Source: the human T2T-CHM13v2.0 reference genome, Homo sapiens
Assembly: GCF_009914755.1 (NCBI RefSeq)
Contig: NC_060938.1
Direction: 5' to 3' (one strand)
Length of the DNA: 64,000 nt
Each line of letters begins with the position of its first letter. The first letter of the stretch is position 1. Shown piece after piece: positions 55,030-64,000 of the stretch. The position numbers and the translations under genes are program-made. The notes under the pieces are model-generated. The model was given only the letters and a program-made list of their open reading frames with translations. It was not told the DNA's origin and made no database searches.

Positions 55030-58000
55030 TAGACTGGGGTGATTTGTATAACACTTCTACATGCACAAAGTTAAAAATTCAAACAGGACAAAAGGCATAA
55101 GATGGAAAGAGAAATGGTTCCTCTCCCTTCCGAGTCCCCATCGTTCATTCTTGTATATATCCTTCGGTAAATTATTTTATGCATACATTAGCCTAAATCG
55201 ATTTCTATACCTTTTTCTTTCCCTATACCTGTATTTAAACTCCTTACACTTTATTGATAAGGGATTGCACTAGATGGGATCTTTCTTACCCTTTTCCCCA
55301 ATAAATACATCTTTGAGCTCTTCACATTTACAATTATTGATCTGTCTCATTCTCTGTAATGATTCGCAGGTATTTCATTGTATGAATGTACTTTGATTTT
55401 TTAAATGGACTGCTGTCAGTGGAAATTTAACTTTTTTCCCAGAATTTTATAACAATGCTCCAATAAATGTCCTTGTACACATAAATTGATGTATTTTGCA
55501 AGTTTATCAAGAAGGCAAATTTCCAGCAATGGGGCTGCTGAACTGAACAGTATGTTGGGTTTTTTTTCTTTTGAGAATTCCTGCCAAATTTTCTTTCAGA
55601 AAAAGAATGCACTGATTTGCACTCCTACCAACAGCATGAGAGTTCCTGCTTCCGTTTACCTTGGCCAACACTGAGAATTAGCAAACACTGCAAATGTTGC
55701 CATCAGATATGCAAAAAGCAGCATCTCATTGTTTTGGCATTCCTTTGATTAGGAATGAGATAATCATAATATTTGTTTTTCATGTTTGTTTGCCACTTGT
55801 ATTTATTTTTCCATGAAGTTCCTGTTCATATTTTTCATTTAGTTCTCGATTTTGAAGGGATTTTTTCTTTCTGTCAGTCAGTTAAATACATTGGTCATGT
55901 ATCCGATTGTTTTTAATACTAATTTGAAATGCTTCATTTTTAAATACCCAATGTTTATATGAATTTGCATTCACAATAATGTTTATTCTTTCAATTGATC
56001 TATTTCTTTTTCAGCTCTAAGCTGTCTGGGTTACCATAGCTTCCTAATTTATTTTCATACCTTGATAGGTTATCATTCTATTCTCCCTGTAATCCTCTGG
56101 CTATTTACATGGGTTTATTTTTCCAGATGAACTTGTCAATTTGTCAAGTTCCAATAAGGATGCATTGATTTCAGTTGGTATTTATTTAGAGGTCAATTTA
56201 GGAAAAATTAACCTCTTTATTTTATAATTTTCCTATTCAAGAATAAGGCACAAATTTATGTAAGTCTACTTTTATGCCATTTGGTAGATTTTCAATTTTT
56301 CAAAAGCCTTTTGTATATTATGTAATATTGTTAATTTTTCCCTACATATTTTTAAGCATTTGATTATCATTAAAAGTATGTTCTTCCTTCATATTTTCTA
56401 TTATTTATTTCTTTAGCTTAATTATGTAATCATTCATCTTACCATATTCTTTTGATTTTTTTTAGTTTGATTCTCTCAAGTTTTCTTGATATGCAGTATT
56501 TTACATCCTCCTTTCTTTATTTCTTTCTTTGGTCTAAGTACATTTGCCAACAGGAAAATGCTAATAAAAATAGATGGCATTTGTTCATGATTCTAATGGG
56601 AGAACATTTAATGTTGTATGATATATGTTTATTTTTTAATGTCAGTCCATCATCCATTCCTATTCTGGTAAAAGTTACTACTTCCTTTTCTTAAAGATTG
56701 AATTTTATCAAGTGCCTCTTTGGCATCTATTAAAATGATTAGGTGTTTTTATCCTTTAAAATAATCGACAAAGGAAAACAAAATTAATTATAATGAATAC
56801 TTTGTAAACTTTTATGCAAATGAGCTTGAAAGCCTCATTGAAATGGATGCTTTTCTAGGAACTATATGCTTCAAAATTTTGCACGTTTGAAAATATTCTG
56901 TCCTCCTTAGACATCAAAAATTTGGCTGGGTATAACAACATGCTTGGGACCAAGAAAATTTATAAATCCTGCAATTCAGAACTTCTACATCTAATGCTTA
57001 CCTTAACATTTATATTTGTGCACAAGGAGACATCTAGGATGTCCACTGCAGCTTTATTTGTAAAGCTAACAAAACTAGGAACAATCTAAATATCTACATA
57101 TAATGTAATAAAATACACGTTAAAAAGAATAAAGAACTGATAGGTATCAAAAAAACAAATCTAAAAATTTTGTCAAGAAATAAAGCAAGTTGCAAAATTG
57201 TGTTATATGCACAAAATTTTACATGGCTTTTATAGGTAATTTCATATAAAAGTATAAAAATGAAAATGGAATTATATATAAACTTACGGCTATCGAATGA
57301 GATAAAAAAGGGAAATGCCCGAGCTAAAGCAATGAATCAAGGGCCAAAATGATATTGTTACCAAAGTGATAAATAATTAGAAATAGATAGGAGAAGATAG
57401 GCATGAAGAAAACCTGAAATAATGACTTAGAAGAAAGGCTTCAAATAACCAGTCCAAGTTCAAATAACAGAGTCTAGTCGTGTGTCTTGGGAGATTTTAA
57501 CTAGTCTATAATTTTGTAACTTTTTAAGTGGTAACAATCTACTCATTCATTATGTATGTCACACACACACACAGACACACACACACACCTCTAGGAAAAA
57601 AGTAGTGGGAAATATGGCAACACATTGATAGCAGTAGTCATTTCTGAATGGTAGCAACAGAGGTTTGTGTTCCTTTTGGTTTTTTTAATGTTTAAATTTA
57701 AAACTAATAATAATATGAAACTCTTGTGTCACCTTTTATTCATAATTTTTCTCCACTTTGCCTTATTGTCTTTTGGCTTTGATTGCTGCCTTGGAAAATT
57801 CTGATAGAAGCCTGATTTTTCCTCTTCTAGGGGATTTGGTTTTGTGTGTGAAAGATGCCTGAAGAATTCATTCTCTGGCGTCAAAGCTTAACCAGAGAAT
57901 ATATGTCTTGGCATTGAAGTTTCTGTATCAAATTTTCCTAGCACAAAGTTTACTCTTTTGATGTGTAAAATCAGTTACTTCAAGACTTTTTTTGCAAGTT

Positions 58001-58420
58001 CTTTTTAATGTTTTTTCTTTTTCATTTGTTCTATTTCCTACCCCAGATATACTGATTTTTCTTTGGCTGTATCATCTTTGAGTTTTGTATCTATTGCCTT
58101 CTGATGTTTAACTCAGTATCTTATGTTTACTGGTTATTTGAAGCCCTTTCTTTTATGTTCACTGATTATTTGAAGCCTTTCTTCCAAGTCATTATTTCAG
58201 GTTTTCTTCATGCCTATCTTCTCCTATCTATTTCTAATTATTTATTACTTTGGTAGCAATATCATTTTGGCCCTCAATTCATTTCTTTAGCTCTGGCATT
58301 TCCCTTTTTTATCTCATTCGATAGCCATATCATTTTGTCTTTATTTTCCTTTTCTCATGTTCTTTTAAATTTCTTTATAGCGAAAAGCAATCATTGAGGT
58401 AAGATATTTCCATTTCCATA
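55030..58420. mobile_element. Cluster of very old L1M/L1ME fragments in mixed orientation
   Basis: Minus-strand 3'/ORF2 remnants at 55030-56760 (actcctaccaacagcatgagagttcc); plus-strand pieces at ~56790-56870 (gaatactttgtaaacttttatgcaaatgagcttgaa) and ~56960-57330; minus-strand ORF1-like pieces at ~56890-56950 and 57720-58420. Confidence 0.55.
57560..57588. repeat. (CA)n
   Basis: cacacacacacacagacacacacacacac. Confidence 0.9.
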
Positions 58421-59649
58421 GCTCGTTTTCTTCCAAAATAAATTCATCTCTCCTTAGCATTCTGTTCTCCTCTCTTTTGTTTCCCTTCTTGCTCCTTTAC
58501 TCTTTATCCTAGTTTCCGTGTGTTTTCTTTTCCTTGCTCATAGTTAACCTGAACAGTTCTGTCAAGACAATATAATTGTTCCCCAGCTCTCCTCCATATT
58601 ATCTGACACCTCTTCATCTTCTTATATGTTCAGTCTGACAGTTGAGAATTTCAGGTTTCCTCCAGGGATGAGTTCAGCTGGGACTTTAAGCAGTTACGGG
58701 TGGCAGAGACCTGCATGCTGCTCTCCTTTCTGTGCTGCACCTGGGTGCACATTGTCTCATTCCCCGTTTGACAAGGGGTGTTAGACTCATTATCCCAGCT
58801 CAGGGTAAAACCAAGGAAACTTCATTCAGAAAGACTAAGGTGCCTATTCCTCTGTTTCACCTTCCTCTAGCCAGCAGTGGATCCCACTCTCCTCCCAGCA
58901 GACAGAGGCTGAAGATGTGCATTCTGCCACATTAACATCCTACTAGGGACTAACAACTGAACTCTCCATGTACCACTTCCTGTAGGCCCTTACCTCCATC
59001 ACTCACTCTACTGTGTCCTTTGTCCTCCACTCCGCTAAATCACCAATTAGTACTGAGCATAATTTGCTCTGGGTAATTATAGTCACACTTTATTCCCTCT
59101 CAGCTTTCTTTCCACCTAGTCAGTTTTATAAAGGTTAGCCTGGATTTTTTTTTGGTCCTCTGATGAGACACCGAGGGCATAGGGGGAGCTTTCCAAATCC
59201 TTCCCCAGGGCTGCCTGATATGCAACAGATTGCTTCTCTCTAAATCAAGGAGGAATGGGAGACTTCTTAGATTTTGTCTACTCACACTCTCCTGCCCCCT
59301 CCCCTGCCTCAGTAGAGCAGAATGTAAGAGATTGGAATTAGGAGTCATGGAGGTTCCTGGAGTCTTACACTTCTTTCTCTGGCTGCTACATAGCATGGGG
59401 CTGTACCGCTGCCATTATTTGATGGCTGCCAGCATACTTTTTGCTGGGTTTTAAATTTATTCTGTCTTTGAGCATGTCATTGGGTTTTGGGAGAGGGAGA
59501 TTTTGTGATTTGGCTTCACTTCATCTTCTTCTCCTGGAAGTGGTTTTAAGGTAAGGACTGTACTCCCAGAAGCAGCTCTAAGTAAGTTTTGCTCTTCAAT
59601 AGTGAAAACATCAGAGTATCAATTCAGTCTGAGAGAAAAGAGAAAAGAC

Positions 59650-59651
<2 letters not shown>

Positions 59652-59685
<34 letters not shown>
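59652..59685. repeat. (CA)17 microsatellite
   Basis: Perfect CA run. Confidence 0.95.
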
Positions 59686-59686
<1 letters not shown>

Positions 59687-60917
59687 TCTGAGGTAACAGA
59701 TCCACTAACATGCATGGATGTGTGTGCATGCTTGCATAAGTAAATGGGAAAGCCAAATAGAAAACTGGCCACATTTAACTGGGTAAGCTTTGTTTATTTT
59801 TAAAAATGCCAAGATAACATCTGTCTTAGTATCATCAGGGATTTAAAGGAGGGCCAACATCAACAATATTCTCAATGGCTCAATTCTGAAAAAGGAGTCA
59901 AAATCGTCCATTTCTCACTTTTTTGGTATTTACTGTCATTCCAATTTCATTGGAAATGCCAAGGTCTATGTACTTTAACCCGGTCACACTTAATGGTAAA
60001 TATTATCACCTCAACAACCTCAAAAGCACATTGTAAAACAGGATGTTTCAGAAAATACTAGTAGGAAGCAAAAAATAGTCAATAATTCTTTCCAGATTTC
60101 CTAGGAGTTCTAGTAAATATTTTTCTTAGTGAAGGGAATTATTAAAAAGCAATTTTTTGTGTGTGCGGCCCTCAGAATGAACAAAAAAACTTGTTTTTCA
60201 TTGTGTCATGCTGAGTTGAAATGATCTATATTACTTCATGTGCCAATAGCAAGGTAATACAACAATGAAAACTTCCCTGAAATCATGTGACAAACTTAGC
60301 CTGATATTTTTTAAAGGCTCTAAAAATATTGTTTTGAGCAATTAATATACTCGGGCCCCAAGGTCAAACCATAACAACCTTATGAACAAATTACTGAAAC
60401 TAGCAAAATCTGAAGAACATACATCATATTCTACAGAGAAACAGTGACCTGGCATTCACATAGCTGCTTTTACTAATTAACATCAAGTACACATTTTGAA
60501 TTCAATATGTAGAATTTTACTTTGTTCCAGACAAAACTAACACTTTTTTCTAGAAACTGATTACCCAGTGGTATTCATCCCGGGACAGAAGCAGAGTTCT
60601 ATCCTAGGCACAGGCAGGTGACTCAGGACATGTGAACTATGGTCTCCACCTTTACTTTTAGCTGTCCTTAGAATAAAAGGTGGGGATGAATTCTAAATGC
60701 AACCTTTTTTTCTTAAGTACAGAAGCACCAGACTCCATTCCAAAGTAAAATCAAAACAAGAGCAATGGCAACAAAAATATCCAATTTGTAATCATAGAAA
60801 TCTAGTAAAAGACTAATTACTGTGTGTAAGTATGTGTATGTGTGTGTTTCATTCTCTACGCCAGAGAGAATTTTATCAGAGAATTCATAAAAATTCTATT
60901 ACCTTGTCAATTACAGG

Positions 60918-60919
60918 CA

Positions 60920-60960
<41 letters not shown>
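60918..60960. repeat. (CA)n microsatellite
   Basis: Near-perfect CA run. Confidence 0.95.
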
Positions 60961-60964
<4 letters not shown>

Positions 60965-61294
60965 GATGAGAACAAAAAGCTACCCAGATACACATTCTTT
61001 TTCCTTTATTCCTTTAGACTCTTTTAAGAGTTGTTATACCAATATATACTCACTATTGTGCTACTATCAAAAATCATGTTCAGCAAAGCCTCAGCCCAAA
61101 TCCCCAACTCATATATACAAAATTCTGACCCCAACTTTCAAACATTGTCAGTAGTAGCTCCATCCAACCCTAAGCACATTGCCCCCATGCCACAGTGCAT
61201 ATACTACACTCCTGTAACACATAAGGCCCCATGCTCTTTCCTTAGATCCGCTTATCTTCAGTAGTGAACATTGTCTGGATGCCTCCTAGCACCC

Positions 61295-61813
61295 ATTACA
61301 CTCCTCTCCCACTGAGTACCGGCCATGAATCTTGAGTTAGACTGACCCTTCCTCCAGTCCTAGTGATGCTGACTGGCTTAAGTTGATCAGAATGGTACCA
61401 TCTCCTTTACCACAATTACTAATACCCCAAAGATAAGTCAGTAAGTGTATGGTATTATCTTGGCCGTAATGATTAATTCCGGTATAGACATGTGACTTAA
61501 AATTGTTCCAGTTGAAATTAAACCCTCTTTAATCACTGGTTGAAGAACAAGAAGTTTTCTGTGCCCTTGAGTGTTAACAGAAACACGTCTAACCCAAGTA
61601 TATTGTTAACTTATAGAGGAAGGCAGATGGAAGGAATTATAGACAAAAAGCATCACAAACTTGAAAGTATTCTAAGCCACTGGATCAAATCACCTCCAAA
61701 GCCTGTCTACGTCTAGAATTTTCAGTTTCATCAGCCAACAGATGTCTTTTTTGTTTTGACCATTCTGAATTGAGTTTCTGTTAGTTGCAACACAAAGACA
61801 CTTGACTGAAACA
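61295..61813 (+). mobile_element. Old MaLR LTR (MLT1K/L-like)
   Basis: gacatgtgactt, agccactggatcaa, ttttcagtttcatcagccaac, ttctgttagttgcaac...ttgactgaaaca. Confidence 0.55.
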
Positions 61814-61864
61814 TCTTCCTCCTGCTTCCCAACTATATTAGAATACAGTTTTAATTACTGTAAC

Positions 61865-62240
61865 AAAGATCCATGTCTGCTCCATGGTGTTGGGAGCAAG
61901 GTTCTTTCCATCTTGTTGCCCTGTCACACCCAGGATGTGTTGTCATCTGTATGGTTGAAGGTGGTTCATCACCAAACCCTTGTTCTTGGCTAAAGGATGA
62001 GAGAAAGGAAAAAGAAAGGAAAGAACATACCCTTTTCTTTTCAGGGAACAATTCAGAAGTAGCATACATCACTTGTAGTCATAGTCTATTGACCAGAGGA
62101 TGGTTATATGGCCATATTTAACTAAATAGGAGGCTGAGATATGTCATTTTTATCTAGGTATCCAAATGTCTAGCAAAAAAGTTTTTCCACTACAGGAGAA
62201 GAAAAGAATAGATACTGGAGGAAACCTAGCAGCTTATGTA
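61865..62240 (-). mobile_element. Old MaLR LTR (MLT1J-like)
   Basis: ttctttccatcttgttgc, cagaagtagcatacatcactt, ctattgaccagag...ggaggctgagatatgt. Confidence 0.55.
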
Positions 62241-62706
62241 CCTTGAACTTTACACAGATTGTTTGATTTGGGTGCAATAATCTATCTTCTATGATCTACC
62301 AAGTCATTTCCATGTGTTCTTCTAAACCTATTTAATATCCACCCCAATTTAGCAGAATCCCATCTGCTGAGTTCTACATGAAAATAATTCCACATTGTGT
62401 GTATGTTTGTGTGCATACCAGCTGAAGTTCAAACTCTGGCTAATTTCAATATTCTGTGACTAATTTTAATCTTTGATAGGACAAAACTGGAATTTGTCCA
62501 AACTGTTTTTACTTGATGACATTAAAGATTTAAAAAAAATAGTAGCATAACAAGTGTGAGCAATCATTCTCTAAGACCAGCTAATGAGGAGATACTTTGG
62601 TTTTTTTAACAATTTCAAAATAACTAGATTAATGTTAAATACTAATGTGGGCAATGGCAACACTAGCCAGAATTCTGAACTTTTTTTAATACATAAAATC
62701 TAACTG

Positions 62707-62860
62707 GGCCGGGTGCAGTGGTTCATGCCTGTAATCCTAACACTGCAGGAGGCCGAGGCAGGAGGATCACTTGAGCCCAGGAGTTCAAGACCAGCCTGGG
62801 CAAAATAGTGAGATCCCATCTCTATTTATAAAAGTAAAAATTAAAAATTAAAAATCAAAA
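62707..62860 (+). mobile_element. FLAM_C-like left Alu monomer
   Basis: ggccgggtgcagtgg...gaggatcacttgagcccaggagttcaagaccagcctgggcaa...ccatctct, then A-rich tail. Confidence 0.88.
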
Positions 62861-63332
62861 TATCTATCCGTATTATCTGCTAGTGTTCATCTACATATTT
62901 ATTGTGAACAAGTTGCCGGTGCCAAGGAAGCTGCATTCACCTCTAGAGTTTTAAAACAAACATCTCATTAAGAAGTTCATTAAAAGATAAGGGGCAAACC
63001 TTGACATTGATATTTGGTACATATGTAGCACATCAGTATCTAGACTGACAGATTTAGATGTATATACATGTAATTGTTGCTGATTAATGTCACAGAAGAC
63101 GAATTTTAGACATTTTCTCATCTCAATGCCCCAGTAAAACCTCTCCTCAGAAATGTAATACGTTTTGGGGATGAGGAAATGGCCAGAATTGGGCTTTATA
63201 TTAAATATAATAATTGAAATAATCTACATTATCCAAAAATTATGTATTAATCACCAACTATGTCCCAAGTACCATGGGAGGTACTAGGGAAGATAAAAAA
63301 GAATGAGGTAAGGTCTCTGCCCCTGTGAAACA

Positions 63333-63666
63333 CAGTCACATGTCCCATAAAGACGTTTTGGTCAACTATGAACCAAATATACAGCAGTGGTCCCATAAGA
63401 TTATAATACCATGTTTTTAACTGTACCATTTCTATACTTAGATACACAAATACTTATCAGTATTTTATGACTGCCTACAGTATTCAATACAGTAACATGC
63501 TATACAGGTTTGTGGCCTAGGAGCAATAGGCTATGTCATATAGCCTAGGTATGTAGCGAACTATACCATCTAGGTTTGGGTAAGTATACTCTATGATGCT
63601 CACATGATGACAAAATTGCCTAATGACCTAATCTCAGAAGGTAGCCCCGTGCTTAATGCATGACTG
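63333..63666 (+). mobile_element. Tigger3a (MER7A)-like DNA transposon
   Basis: Termini cagtca...tgactg; internal gtggtcccataagattataatac and cctaggagcaataggctat. Confidence 0.88.
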
Positions 63667-63699
63667 CATTTAGTCTTGTGTTATAAGCTATGTATCAAT

Positions 63700-64000
63700 A
63701 TAGCACTGTTCATATCATTTTTTGTTGTTATTTAAAACCTTCAGTGACTCCACTGCCTGCAGGAAAATACCCCTACTTCTTTGCAAGAATATAGGACTTT
63801 GATAATATATTGGCTCTTGTTTACTTACACTTTCCTGTAACACTCTATACCCTTTTACATCAATACTTGTAGTTGCATGAACATTCTATGCTGTCTCACA
63901 CCTTCATAGCTTTACATAAACTCCTACCTCACTTTGGAATTATTCATCTCCTCCTGGTCTAATGAACTCATTCTTCAAAATTCAACTCAGATTTCACCTC
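63700..64000 (+). mobile_element. L2 fragment
   Basis: tttaaaaccttcagtgactccactgcctgcagg...aactcattcttcaaaattcaactc. Confidence 0.5.

Overview
Human (primate) genomic DNA inside the RTN1 (reticulon-1) gene, which is transcribed from the minus strand. The only protein-coding exon I can support is the 774-nt, phase-1/phase-1 exon at 12645-13418 (exon 2 of RTN1-A, recognised from its translation and bounded by canonical AG/GT sites). The rest is intron (intron 2 to the left, intron 1 to the right) filled with interspersed repeats: a decayed near-full-length primate L1 (1-6107), about 13 Alu-family SINEs, about 11 MaLR solo LTRs (THE1/MST/MLT1), MIRs, L2s, old L1M fragments and the DNA transposons MER53, MER81 and Tigger3a. 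I found no novel multi-gene system. The most notable unexplained structures are: (i) a 46-bp-arm fold-back at 48645-48756; (ii) a ~2-kb almost pure A/T repeat (16030-18010) that appears to have grown from an Alu tail and contains a perfect 47-bp-arm palindrome and a small Alu-like insertion scar; (iii) an exon-2 configuration (frame-symmetric, strong internal Kozak ATG, bracketing inverted Alus, YGCY/YCAY-rich acceptor) that predicts skipping or circularisation, with a stop-free circular ORF. Repeat subfamily names and boundaries of old repeats come from remembered consensus sequences and are approximate.
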